51,026 nt of DNA from a virus (Duplodnaviria; Caudoviricetes): positions 1-51,026 of IMG/VR virus record IMGVR_UViG_3300009095_000019. The stretch is one strand, 5' to 3'. Every line of letters begins with the position of its first letter. The stretch's first letter is position 1. The notes beneath the pieces were generated by a model. That model saw only the letters and a program-made list of their open reading frames with translations. It was not told the origin of the DNA and searched no databases. A program made the translations under genes and the position numbers. Positions 19,758-29,497 of this stretch are shown in pieces.

Positions 19758-21415
19758 ACGACGATAATCTCTTTACTTTGTTTCAAGTTCACACCACCGC
19801 GAACGTAAAACACGTCCAAAGTGGCGATGCCCGCACCGAAAGGTTTAACCAACCCATCCACAACCGTAACGCTACCGGTAGCACTCCAGTTACCGTCAAC
19901 ATCTGCTGTAGACCCGTCTTTAAAACGGACCTGTGCTCTGTAAACCGCCTGATCATCGATCCCAATAGAATCAGGGCCGATAATGTCGAGTGAAAGTGCA
20001 GTCGTGTTTGGATCAAAGACAGTAATCACAGCAGAAGTTTCCAGATTAACACCGCTGAGATTTACACGCGCCGTCACCTTGCAGCAACCTTGACCGTACA
20101 CGGTCCCAGCCAAAACGGAGTCGTTGATCATTTGCAACAACTTCGGATTCGAGAAAGTCCAATCCGCGCTACCGATGCTGACGGTAGAGCCGTCTTCATA
20201 AAGAACGTTAAGGCGGAGTGGTTCGGTTTGTCCACTCTCCATTCGCAGCGGCAGTTTAATGTGTGCAGATTTTGGCAACGCCTGCGGTTTAACCAGATCA
20301 ACATCGGCGCAGGCTACGAACCCGCGATACGTAGCGATCAAATGTGCTGTTTCGGACGAAGCTAACTGCGAATCCACGTGAAGCCTGTTACCAGCGTCGA
20401 CACGGCAATACTGCGATTGTACGGATACACGGCCCGGAACTGCCTTCTTAGTACCGTCACTAAAATAAAGAGCCGTGAAATATGGCGCAGATAGACCCTC
20501 ACGTACAAAACGCGGGCCTTCGATAACAAGCTTTTCAGGTGTGATGGTCAAATCTACAACTGAAACTTCTTGCTGACCTGCTACAGTAACGCCGTCATAG
20601 GTGTAGGACGCAATAAGGGTCGTGCTTTTGATGCCATCTACATTAAGTGCACGGAACTGCCCGTGACCGTCGATAGTACCTACGCTTTCGTCAGTGGAAA
20701 TCCAGCTGTCGGGAATTACCTGCTGCTTGGAACCGTCTTCAAAAAACACAAAAAGCGCATAACGCGCTCCACTTCCCTCGGTAACGGTAGCTTCTCCGCG
20801 CACAAAAGCATGCACGGGATAAATGCTTTCGTCCTTAATCAGAACTTCCAAAGAGGCCGATCTTGTGACGCCGTTAAATGTGTAACTTGCCGTCAACCTG
20901 ACCGAAGTAGTGCCTCGTACTTTGGCGAATGTTACAATTCCGGTCTCGTCGTCATAGCTCGCAATAGAAGGGCGGCTAGAAAAAAACAAAGTAGGCTGAA
21001 CAGGTTCGCTGCGCCCATCCGTATATCGTGCAATTACGGTGTATACGGATTGAGTTGCCTTTTGCACTTCCGTCTCGCCTTCTATTTCTATAGACGAAAG
21101 GACGGGCGGCACGTCTTCGTCAATGATAGACAAAGCGTGCTGTGTGAAAAATGGACCTGCTTCAACATGGTCGTGGCGCGCATGAATGCCGACAACTTTG
21201 TGTCCGTTAACGTCATGTACGGTTGCCAAGCCTGTAGAGTCAAAGCTAACGTAATCAGCATTAGTCGAAGACCATTCAGCGTCCACATCGTGGAACGAGC
21301 CGTCTTCGTAAACCAACTCACAGCGGAATTGGACTTGTTGCTTTTCAGTAACACTGCTTGGGCCTACAATTCTTAGCTGTACGGGCCACAAACCATCGAA
21401 GGGATTATCGGCCAT
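19754..21415 (-). CDS. Ig-like (Big_2-type) repeat virion fibre/decoration protein
   Basis: About six repeats of I.GP.......Y.DG.......W.S; AGGAG RBS. Confidence 0.8.
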   Translation of the reverse strand: MADNPFDGLWPVQLRIVGPSSVTEKQQVQFRCELVYEDGSFHDVDAEWSSTNADYVSFDSTGLATVHDVNGHKVVGIHARHDHVEAGPFFTQHALSIIDEDVPPVLSSIEIEGETEVQKATQSVYTVIARYTDGRSEPVQPTLFFSSRPSIASYDDETGIVTFAKVRGTTSVRLTASYTFNGVTRSASLEVLIKDESIYPVHAFVRGEATVTEGSGARYALFVFFEDGSKQQVIPDSWISTDESVGTIDGHGQFRALNVDGIKSTTLIASYTYDGVTVAGQQEVSVVDLTITPEKLVIEGPRFVREGLSAPYFTALYFSDGTKKAVPGRVSVQSQYCRVDAGNRLHVDSQLASSETAHLIATYRGFVACADVDLVKPQALPKSAHIKLPLRMESGQTEPLRLNVLYEDGSTVSIGSADWTFSNPKLLQMINDSVLAGTVYGQGCCKVTARVNLSGVNLETSAVITVFDPNTTALSLDIIGPDSIGIDDQAVYRAQVRFKDGSTADVDGNWSATGSVTVVDGLVKPFGAGIATLDVFYVRGGVNLKQSKEIIVV

Positions 21416-21429
21416 CTTGTTCTCCTTTT

Positions 21430-21455
21430 AAAAGGCTGGCCTTTCGACCAGCCTT
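21430..21455 (-). terminator. Intrinsic terminator-like hairpin
   Basis: GGCTGGTC-GAAA-GGCCAGCC-TTTT on the minus strand after the 782-aa gene. Confidence 0.65.
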
Positions 21456-21464
21456 ATATCCAGT

Positions 21465-23813
21465 TTAAGAAACGTACTTAATGCCGTAAGCAACGCTGAA
21501 CGGCGAGTTCGCCGGGAACGGAGACGTTTCGAGGCGGATGAAGTTCCACGGACGCAGACCGGTACCATCATCGTAATCTGCGGTGTAAACCGTCGGCAGA
21601 TTCGGATCATAGCTCGGCATGCCTTCGTAGTTGCCCAACCAATCTTCGCGCCAATTAATGCCTTCCCACGTGGAACTGAATCCAGTGTTAATGTCAGTAA
21701 TTGCGACGTTACCGGCCCGCGCATCCCACATCAGATACAGATAGTTGTCAGTAGTCTGCTGCGTACGAATTTCTGCGGAGAAATCAGAAGTTGTAGGTTC
21801 GATGCTATTGACCATAACACGATCAATAAAATCAATCATACCCGTGTATTGCTGATACGGAGTTCCGTTAGGTGCGGCTTCGGTGCTAACGCCGAAATCA
21901 ATTTCATCCTGCGTAAGATTGGAAACCGGGCCGCCCGTAAATTCAGTGCTGGTGAAGGTAGTCATACCCCATCGGGCCGGCGGAACATCACCGATGACAG
22001 GCTCAACGTTTACTGCAATTTCAAACGTTGCGTCCAGAACGACACCAGATTCCGTGTAGGTAGCGGTCACGATGGCGATCAGGTTTTCAGCAACAGCATT
22101 AGCGGTAAACAGACCGTTAGCATCGATGGAACCTGCGCCCTCAACACTCCAGACAGGAACAATTTCGCGTTCGCTACTGTCAGTATAAGTGACAGTGAAA
22201 GCCAGTTGAGTCGTGCTTTCCGAAATAACCGTGCTTTCACCGGTAATCGCAGAAGTCAGCGGCCAAACTTGATCGTCGCGCAGCGTAATTACTGCGGTTT
22301 CGGTAAGCGTTACACCAGACTCAGTGTAAGAGACCGAAACAGTAACCTGCTTGTCGCCCTGCTCGGTGAATTCTGCCACAGTCATCAGGCCGTTTTCATC
22401 AATTGTTGCGCCTTCACCTGTGATATCCCAAGTGGCGCTTACGGCTGCGCTGCTGCCGTCAGTGTAGGTGACATTAGCGGCGAATTGCTCGGTTGCTCCG
22501 GCGTTGACAACGCGACCGCCGACAATTTCAATCGTTTGAGGGTATGCAGTCGTATCAACGATGGTAATATCGAGCGAAGTGGAAACTGTAACTTCGCCTT
22601 CAGTGTAACTGGCAGTCAGACGGGAAGTCTTATTACCGACCTGATTGGCGTGCGGAGTGACAACACCGTTTTCAATGGTGCCGGCGTCGCTGTTTACAAG
22701 CTGAATAAGAGCCGGGTCGATTGCGGTTTCGGTGCCGTCGTTATAGGCGGCCGTCAACGTATAGGTTCCGGTTTCATTCGCGTTGAAAGTAATCGGGCCG
22801 TCGATGACAATGGAAGTCAACCGGACCATGGAAGCATCGCCAAGAACAGTAATGGTAAATTCCTGCTCAATTGCGATATTGGATTCCGGGTGAATCCAAG
22901 TGGCACGGACAATTACGTCTGTATCCATTGCAATCAGGTAGGTGCGAACGACACCATTGCTTGCGCCGACGGTCAGAACTTCATCGACCGGCACTGGGCT
23001 GGGCGAACCATCCGGCAGGTATGCAGTCCAGACAACATTCACGCTTTGCAAATCTTGCCCGTCAGTGAGCTGCACGTTGGCGCGAAGAATATGTCCGGTA
23101 TTTCCGCGCACAGGCGCTGCCGGGCCGACAATCGTCATAGTTTGCGGAACAGGCCCGACATACGGAAATTCCATAGCAGGGTCGACCCACTCACCGATAT
23201 AGTTACCGTCTTCGTCAGTGCCAGTAACGGCCAGAATGTCACCGATTTTCGGGTGATTCACGGTGGAAATTTTCACATGCTTACCTGCGTCAGCGATAAG
23301 CATAGTTCGCGGAAAATCTTCGTGTTCGTGTTCGGTTGGAGCACGCAGGTCTTTCATGCGAGCATCGTTGGTGCCGATGGCAATGAATTCCCCGTCCTCT
23401 TGTTCTTCTCCGGTAATTCGGAAACCGCCTAGCCGAACGTCAGAAGCGAAAGCGGGGCGGAATTCTTCAACTTCACCGAGAATCGGATCGGGGTCGTACT
23501 TAAAATATTGTTCTTCGGCGAACAGTTCTTCATAGGTAGCGATGACAGACCACGAACCACGATAACCCTTGTCGTCATATTTCTCAGCGTCCACACGGCG
23601 CATAAAAGTGAGAAAATCTTCATGCTCAGGATCGGCGACAAGCCAAAGCACGTTGAAAGGTACGGTAATAGTGTCCGGCTCAACCATAGAGACGAGAATG
23701 GTGAACTTGCGTCCACCATACTCAACTACGATTTCTACCGGATTAATGCGACTCAGGTTGCGGAAGTCTTTGGCAACCGCGTACAGAGAACTCGCGTAAT
23801 CCGAAAGATTCAT
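21465..23813 (-). CDS. Ig-repeat tail fibre/whisker protein
   Basis: The N-terminal domain is paralogous to the 212-aa neighbour. It is followed by about four Ig repeats and a C-terminal domain similar to that of the 1052-aa protein. Confidence 0.75.
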   Translation of the reverse strand: MNLSDYASSLYAVAKDFRNLSRINPVEIVVEYGGRKFTILVSMVEPDTITVPFNVLWLVADPEHEDFLTFMRRVDAEKYDDKGYRGSWSVIATYEELFAEEQYFKYDPDPILGEVEEFRPAFASDVRLGGFRITGEEQEDGEFIAIGTNDARMKDLRAPTEHEHEDFPRTMLIADAGKHVKISTVNHPKIGDILAVTGTDEDGNYIGEWVDPAMEFPYVGPVPQTMTIVGPAAPVRGNTGHILRANVQLTDGQDLQSVNVVWTAYLPDGSPSPVPVDEVLTVGASNGVVRTYLIAMDTDVIVRATWIHPESNIAIEQEFTITVLGDASMVRLTSIVIDGPITFNANETGTYTLTAAYNDGTETAIDPALIQLVNSDAGTIENGVVTPHANQVGNKTSRLTASYTEGEVTVSTSLDITIVDTTAYPQTIEIVGGRVVNAGATEQFAANVTYTDGSSAAVSATWDITGEGATIDENGLMTVAEFTEQGDKQVTVSVSYTESGVTLTETAVITLRDDQVWPLTSAITGESTVISESTTQLAFTVTYTDSSEREIVPVWSVEGAGSIDANGLFTANAVAENLIAIVTATYTESGVVLDATFEIAVNVEPVIGDVPPARWGMTTFTSTEFTGGPVSNLTQDEIDFGVSTEAAPNGTPYQQYTGMIDFIDRVMVNSIEPTTSDFSAEIRTQQTTDNYLYLMWDARAGNVAITDINTGFSSTWEGINWREDWLGNYEGMPSYDPNLPTVYTADYDDGTGLRPWNFIRLETSPFPANSPFSVAYGIKYVS

Positions 23814-23820
23814 AAATTCC

Positions 23821-24459
23821 TCACTGCACGTCGTTGGTGGTCAGCTGGCGCCACATTGCGGTAGTTTCGCTGGTGGCTACCAGTGTAGCACCGGGAACAG
23901 GCGCCACATTCTGATTGATGGAAATAACACCGGATTTGGTTTTCAACTGAGTTGCGGGTTTTTCCGGGTGCGTGTGCTCCAGAGGCTCGCGCGGATCGCT
24001 AAGGCGCGGATCGCCCTCACCTACCGCAATAGGATTGGTCGGAGAAATAGGCGGCACAGAAAGGCGCGCCACACCGACAGTTTCAGCAGTGGCCAAAGGA
24101 ATAGGAGATTCAGCCTGAAGAATTTGCGAATCTTCTGCGTCGTAAGCTTGATCGGCTTCGTACTCGGCCATGGTTTCGATGGTTTCCCACGTATGGGCAG
24201 TACCGAGAGCGGCGTCAGGCTCCTTGGAAACCCGGCGCAGCATTTGCTTATAGAAGCGGCTCAGCGGGTTAAAATCAACCCACAGCACATTGAGAGGCAG
24301 AATCAGACCGGACGGCTCGCGCACTGCACAGACGACGGTCGTGACACGGCGAATAGAACTGTTGGAAAGACGATGGACGATGGGGTTAGCATCGTCCATA
24401 TTGGCTACGTTGGAAATAACTTCCAAGCTGGTTACGATTTCTTGCAGTTGCTTTTCCAT
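23821..24459 (-). CDS. Tail-associated fibre/anchor protein
   Basis: Fibre-type motifs AT....GVARLS and AVGEGDPRLSD.R.P..HTH; directly downstream of the sheath gene. Confidence 0.65.
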   Translation of the reverse strand: MEKQLQEIVTSLEVISNVANMDDANPIVHRLSNSSIRRVTTVVCAVREPSGLILPLNVLWVDFNPLSRFYKQMLRRVSKEPDAALGTAHTWETIETMAEYEADQAYDAEDSQILQAESPIPLATAETVGVARLSVPPISPTNPIAVGEGDPRLSDPREPLEHTHPEKPATQLKTKSGVISINQNVAPVPGATLVATSETTAMWRQLTTNDVQ

Positions 24460-24462
24460 GAA

Positions 24463-26106
24463 TTAATTCTCGTTGAAAGAGAGGGAAGAACCATAGTTGC
24501 GGATATCTGCTCCGATATGAATGCGCTTGCCGGGGATGGCCGCGTCAAGGATCAGATCGAGTTTCAGATCGTTATTTGCAACTACGTCAGGCGTGTTGTT
24601 GCGCTCATCACACACGGTTTCCCAAGCGTAAACACCACGGCCAGATTTGATAGGCCGCAGATACGCGTCAACCATGTCCTTCAGCTTCAGACGTTCCAGC
24701 TCATCGTTCGGGTTAAAGTTGGAAGTAATTGCCGATTTGCGAATTGCAGTCTTCAGGCCGTTAACCAGTCGACGTACGTTGACGTTGCTGAAACCGGACA
24801 GATGGGTTTGCAGAGTTTCCGCACCCATAATGACGAAACCACGGCCCGGAATTTTGCGAATGACGTTGATTTGCGCTTGGTCAAGAGCGTTACGATCCCC
24901 GACGTTATATTTCGCATCGAGGTCCAGCACCTTGATCTGACCGCGCGTCAAACCGGCGGGCGCCCAGTAATAGGCACGTACTCGGTCAGTATAAGCATAT
25001 TGCGCAGCGACAAGACCAGACGGCGGAACCCAAATATCACGGCCCGAAACATCATCTTTAACTTTCGCCCACGGGCCGTACATAGCCCCGTAAGAGCTGG
25101 AAATGTTCAGAATGTTCCGGCGATAATGAATTGCACGTGCCGCCAGCTTGAATTCGCGAGCGTAGTCCAGAACCGCAATAGCGTCACCGCGTTGAGCAGC
25201 AATCGCAACCATGCGTCGGTGAACGGATTCATTGCAGTAACCTGCGTTAATCATGATTTGAACGTCGAGGAATTCGGTATCACCGAAGTTATCCCAAGCA
25301 TTCGCAATTTCATGGGTCTTAACGCGGTCGCCGTCTGCACCACCATCCAAGCGTTCGATGCAAGAATGGGTGTGACGAATAATCGGGCATTCCGAGTTAT
25401 TCTTAAAGCGGATGTATTTCGAGTTGGAATTAATGCGGTCCTCGATAAACATTTGCTGCTGTTCAGCATCGAGTTCCACGGTACGGCTACACAGGAACGA
25501 TTCGACAGGGAGAGAAGCACTGCCCCCGTAATTCAGGAAAACATCAACGTAGAAATGGTTAACGTTGCTGAATTCACCGATGCCAGTTCCCGGAGGTGCG
25601 GACGGTCGAATTTGAATCGAGATTTGTTTGGACCACTCGCCCGGACTGGTTGCATAAAATGCACCCAAAACAAAACCAAGCCCATCGGTGCCTTTCACAA
25701 AGCCGATAGTTTTTGCAGGATCGCCTTTGACGCCTTGAGGATTGTGAGAACCGCCGTCAAAGTTAATCAGCTTGATAACAGGATCGGCTGCGGTCGGATC
25801 GTCGACAGACAGGTAAGCACCTGCGGTCAGAGCCGTTTCGGCATCAACAGCTCGAACAATATAAAGCGATTTGGATTGGGCAAGGAAATGCTCGGCGCAA
25901 TGCAGACCGAAGCCGTACTTGGCGAAGTCTTTAATGCCGAACTTATCTTTCAGATCGGATTTATCGGTAACGCGAATGGGAATACCGACTTCACCTTTCG
26001 CAGACTCAACGACAATAGCGCCGGTACTGCTAAGCACGGGCGTTCCGCGTTGGCTCAAATCGTTTTCGGCTGTGTATACACCAGCACTGGTATTCTGCTG
26101 AGACAT
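24463..26106 (-). CDS. Tail sheath protein
   Basis: AGVYTAENDLS, PGEW, SSYGAMYGPW, VPPSG, WAPAGLTRG, NVRR, F.PND and CDERNNTP motifs. Start MSQQN at 26106 has a GAGGGAG RBS (track start 26142). Confidence 0.95.
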   Translation of the reverse strand: MSQQNTSAGVYTAENDLSQRGTPVLSSTGAIVVESAKGEVGIPIRVTDKSDLKDKFGIKDFAKYGFGLHCAEHFLAQSKSLYIVRAVDAETALTAGAYLSVDDPTAADPVIKLINFDGGSHNPQGVKGDPAKTIGFVKGTDGLGFVLGAFYATSPGEWSKQISIQIRPSAPPGTGIGEFSNVNHFYVDVFLNYGGSASLPVESFLCSRTVELDAEQQQMFIEDRINSNSKYIRFKNNSECPIIRHTHSCIERLDGGADGDRVKTHEIANAWDNFGDTEFLDVQIMINAGYCNESVHRRMVAIAAQRGDAIAVLDYAREFKLAARAIHYRRNILNISSSYGAMYGPWAKVKDDVSGRDIWVPPSGLVAAQYAYTDRVRAYYWAPAGLTRGQIKVLDLDAKYNVGDRNALDQAQINVIRKIPGRGFVIMGAETLQTHLSGFSNVNVRRLVNGLKTAIRKSAITSNFNPNDELERLKLKDMVDAYLRPIKSGRGVYAWETVCDERNNTPDVVANNDLKLDLILDAAIPGKRIHIGADIRNYGSSLSFNEN

Positions 26107-26162
26107 AAAACTCCCTCTAATGTAGTTGGAATGGGATTCCACGAGTGGTTTCCGCTACATAT

Positions 26163-26169
26163 AAATTAG
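26163..26169 (-). promoter_or_regulatory. Candidate late promoter motif CTAATTT upstream of the sheath gene
   Basis: Lies between a terminator and the sheath start in an AT-rich intergenic region. Confidence 0.45.
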
Positions 26170-26188
26170 ATATTTTATGGCCAAAACG

Positions 26189-26217
26189 AAAATAAGGGCC
26201 TAATATGGCCCTTATTT
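26189..26217 (-). terminator. Intrinsic terminator
   Basis: AAATAAGGGCC-TAATAT-GGCCCTTATTT hairpin just after the stop at 26221. Confidence 0.75.
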
Positions 26218-26220
26218 GTT

Positions 26221-26985
26221 TTATTCAAAGCAATCGGAATCATCAAGCTCGTCTTTGAATCGATTGGGCATTGCCCAACAAAGCAAAGCAAAGAACTTCT
26301 TATCGGCAGTGGCTGTAAACCCATGAATGTGGGCGATAACAGCATCGGCGTACGGAGGATCGGCAAAGTTTTGCATCATTGCTTCCAACCGGCGGTCCAC
26401 CGAATTCATAGATGATTCCATGTATTCTGGAATGTCGATCTTTCCAAGCTTACCTGTCGTTACAGCAAGGTAAATCCAGCAGAATGCCAAAACGTCATAA
26501 CCGTCGTCATCTTTGTAGGCTTTCTCTGCAAGGTCTAACACGTCCAGCATATCAGCCTTTTCTTCGGCTGAGCGGCGAACCAGCTTGTCGGGATGCGCGA
26601 TTTGTCGAATCTTCTTCAAGAGGCTTTTAGCGGACATGTAATCGGCGCTAAAAGTCTGCATTGTCTCGAAAGCAGGGGCTTGTTGCTTTTCGTACAAGTC
26701 TTCCTGCTCGATAACTACAAGCTCTTTCGATGTAGTTTCTTTCGGCTCGACGTGGATAATGTCCGAGCCATTCGAAGACTCAGGCTCGGGAATAGCATCG
26801 CTAGAGGTCACTGCCTGCCCTGTGATCTTTTCGATCAGAGCTGCGTCAAGTTCCTGCAACGTAATGCCATAGTTCTGACACAGCTCGTTGACGGTTTCCC
26901 TGTAACGGACTTCAAAAAGTTCAAGTTCCTTGAACTTTTTACGGGCGACGAGGGCAGTTCGTGCTAGGTTTGCTAGGTTTGCCAT
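26221..26985 (-). CDS. Protein with an internal J-domain-like (DnaJ HPD) segment
   Basis: KSLLKKIRQIAHPDKL...DMLDVLDLAEKAY forms a helix-HPD-helix pattern. Confidence 0.65.
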   Translation of the reverse strand: MANLANLARTALVARKKFKELELFEVRYRETVNELCQNYGITLQELDAALIEKITGQAVTSSDAIPEPESSNGSDIIHVEPKETTSKELVVIEQEDLYEKQQAPAFETMQTFSADYMSAKSLLKKIRQIAHPDKLVRRSAEEKADMLDVLDLAEKAYKDDDGYDVLAFCWIYLAVTTGKLGKIDIPEYMESSMNSVDRRLEAMMQNFADPPYADAVIAHIHGFTATADKKFFALLCWAMPNRFKDELDDSDCFE

Positions 26986-26995
26986 GATGGTTTTC

Positions 26996-27664
26996 TCAAA
27001 TGTCCAACAGTGATTTACTACGGCTATTCGCGTTGCGATTATTCATGAAAAAGGCGTAGGACAAAGGCATGCGAACCTTCTCAGCGAAGAACGAAACAGG
27101 GTCACTGCCATTAACCACAACAATACGCGGTATGCTATCGTAAAGCTCAAGGATATCGCGCAGTTTCTCAAGCTTTACGTTCGTACTATCGTGGGCGACA
27201 TTAGTCAAAATGAGCATCGATGGGTTGAACTGGCCGTGCCCGTCACGGTACTTATCGTTGAACCCGCCCAAAAGTCGGTGCCACACAGGCAACTGTTTGC
27301 CTCGCTGTGAACCGCTGCGCATCTGGTCAATGGCGGCACTCATGAAACACATAGCTAGAAATTTAGCGCGTTCGTCCGTAACCATTGAAGAAATACAGAT
27401 TATCGGAGAGCCGTGCAGTGGATTATTCAGCAGCCGGTTGCAGTTGTTTATCTGGCGGTTAACCGAAGTCTTCGGAATTGCAAAGTCTTCGGGCAACCAA
27501 GCTGGAATTTTCGGAACGATTGGTTCCAACACCTCGTCCAGCTCGAAAGGGCGGCGCAGGACGGAAAAAGCGTGTCCGTCCACGCCTTGCAGCTTCAGCG
27601 TTTTCACACGGTCGCTATCGAGCTTGAATTCCAGCTTAGGGGCGATTGGTCTATTCATCAGCAA
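26996..27664 (-). CDS. Degenerate DnaC/IstB-like (AAA+ fold) protein
   Basis: SMLILTNV...KLRDILELY.SIPRIVVVN resembles the Walker B/sensor region, but there is no GxxGxGK. Lies in the replication block. Confidence 0.4.
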   Translation of the reverse strand: MLMNRPIAPKLEFKLDSDRVKTLKLQGVDGHAFSVLRRPFELDEVLEPIVPKIPAWLPEDFAIPKTSVNRQINNCNRLLNNPLHGSPIICISSMVTDERAKFLAMCFMSAAIDQMRSGSQRGKQLPVWHRLLGGFNDKYRDGHGQFNPSMLILTNVAHDSTNVKLEKLRDILELYDSIPRIVVVNGSDPVSFFAEKVRMPLSYAFFMNNRNANSRSKSLLDI

Positions 27665-27688
27665 ACACTACTCTAACGTATGTATTAC

Positions 27689-27698
27689 CTTTACAGTT
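27689..27698 (-). promoter_or_regulatory. Candidate early/middle promoter motif AACTGTAAAG
   Basis: About 25 nt upstream of start 27664; matches the motif before thyA and the polymerase. Confidence 0.55.
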
Positions 27699-27876
27699 AC
27701 TGCTCAGGGGTGGCTTCCTTGCGGTATTGCACGTGACAACGCACCACGGTATCGGTTTGCGTATCTACTGTGATGGCGGCGCAGCAGTTGAGACAGGTTG
27801 CTGCACGAAAGCGCACATTCATACGCGGAGGAATGGGGTTAAGCTTGATATCTGACTCACAGTTCGGACACTTCAT
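27697..27876 (-). CDS. Small zinc-ribbon protein, 59 aa (absent from the ORF track)
   Basis: Translates as MKCPNCESDIKLNPIPPRMNVRFRAATCLNCCAAITVDTQTDTVVRCHVQYRKEATPEQ*, with an ATGA overlap on the helicase stop. Confidence 0.75.
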   Translation of the reverse strand: MKCPNCESDIKLNPIPPRMNVRFRAATCLNCCAAITVDTQTDTVVRCHVQYRKEATPEQ

Positions 27877-29489
27877 TTCTTCACCTTGTTATTCAGCATA
27901 GAACCAAATAAGCCGCCGACTGGCATTTTAACCTTGCTAGTTTCGGTTTCAGCTTCAGGTTCGTAGTCTTCGATACTCTGGCCCATGCCTCGCATTATTT
28001 CGCGGTAGCGTTCCAATGCGGTTTCCGTAGGCTTGTGATTGAACGACAGCGAGTGTTCCCACGTTTGCTTGAAATAGCTGAGTGTTGCCTTGCAGCCGGA
28101 ATCGACAAAAAACCGAATAACCGGCGGACGTTTGTTGGGATCGGGCGTAAGAATACGCGACGATTCCTGCTTCCAATTGTGCTCGTTATTCATGGGCATT
28201 ACGTAGTACAAACAAGACCACGGCTTGATGTTGATACCGCGCTGCAACAGGCTGCGAATACCTACGACCACACGAATGTGCCGCTTGCTGGCCTGCTCCT
28301 TAACCCAGTCACGACGTAGCTTGTTCTTCTTACTGCCGCCACCAACGAACTCGGCCGCCACCTCATAGCCAACAGCATCGTTGATTTTCTTCACCATTTC
28401 TTCGACGTGTTCTTTGAAATGAAGTGGGATTACGATGCTATGACCAGCTTCCAAATCCTTCAGAACCCATTCAAGTAAAAGCTCGTTGCGCTTCTTGTGC
28501 TTGGCCAGCATTTTACCCATGAAAACGTAGCCAACCTTGCCGCGATAGCTCGATTTGTTCTTCACCTTAGTGTCGATAATCAAAAGCTTCGCTTGCATTT
28601 GCGCACGCATGATCTTCGACTTAACGCCGCCGATGATCATGTTCATCAGAATTTCTTTCTTGTCCTTGCGTTTCTCCGTACCTGTACAACCAAAGCGGTA
28701 ACGCATACGCAGCTTGTTGAGCATGCGGCTGTATTCAGGCGCGTTAGTCGCTTGCACCTCGTCAATAAGCAATGTTCCGAAGGTTTTATTCACAGCCTTC
28801 AGAAGGCGCGTGCCCTTTCCTTCACGGATTAGCGATTGATACGTGACGATGCCGATCTGAATATGCTTCAGGTCTTCCGGTTTTTTGATGAAACCGTAGA
28901 GCTTTTTACCACTGGCTTCCTGAAGTTCCGGTAAATTTGTAGATTCCTCAATGTCACCGATGAATTGGTTAAGGAAGTCATATTGGTCGGCCATCAGGAG
29001 GGTTTTCTGGCCGAGTTCAATACAAAGTTTCAATGAAGTTAGGGACTTACCAGAACGCGGAGGCAGGACGAAAATGCCGTACTTGGCCTTCTTCATGCTG
29101 TTGACGGTTTCAAGCTGGTAATCAAACCAATCGCGGTCCTCTCCGAGATCGATTTTGATCTTGTAGTCGAACCGGTTCGATACGCGCTTGTCTACTACGC
29201 GGAAATCACCGTAATCAAAATCGAAAACATCTGGCGCGGCGTCCCTATCCCCCATAGGAATACCGTTGTACTCGACGTTGCCTATAATTTTCTGCACGCC
29301 GAGCTTAAACGTGCCCCCGTAGTTCTCGCAGCCTACACACGCGTTGCAGGGACGGTCGTGCTTATATTCGCAGCCAGTACAACCCCTAGAGAAAAAGGAT
29401 CGTATATAGCGCTTTTGAAAAATATCCTGATCGATATAGTGACTAGGCACATACACCTTATCAGAAACGATGATTTTATCGCGAGGCAT
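27873..29489 (-). CDS. SF2 DNA helicase (UvsW/XPB-like) with an N-terminal Cys cluster
   Basis: YQ Q-motif, PPRSGKS, LIDEVQ, GCTGT, GINI and Q...RI motifs. Confidence 0.88.
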   Translation of the reverse strand: MPRDKIIVSDKVYVPSHYIDQDIFQKRYIRSFFSRGCTGCEYKHDRPCNACVGCENYGGTFKLGVQKIIGNVEYNGIPMGDRDAAPDVFDFDYGDFRVVDKRVSNRFDYKIKIDLGEDRDWFDYQLETVNSMKKAKYGIFVLPPRSGKSLTSLKLCIELGQKTLLMADQYDFLNQFIGDIEESTNLPELQEASGKKLYGFIKKPEDLKHIQIGIVTYQSLIREGKGTRLLKAVNKTFGTLLIDEVQATNAPEYSRMLNKLRMRYRFGCTGTEKRKDKKEILMNMIIGGVKSKIMRAQMQAKLLIIDTKVKNKSSYRGKVGYVFMGKMLAKHKKRNELLLEWVLKDLEAGHSIVIPLHFKEHVEEMVKKINDAVGYEVAAEFVGGGSKKNKLRRDWVKEQASKRHIRVVVGIRSLLQRGINIKPWSCLYYVMPMNNEHNWKQESSRILTPDPNKRPPVIRFFVDSGCKATLSYFKQTWEHSLSFNHKPTETALERYREIMRGMGQSIEDYEPEAETETSKVKMPVGGLFGSMLNNKVKK

Positions 29490-29497
29490 TTTGTATC

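Noticed and set aside
21849-26169. Long plus-strand ORFs (527 aa, 733 aa)
   Set aside because: They are antisense to the well-supported fibre and sheath genes.
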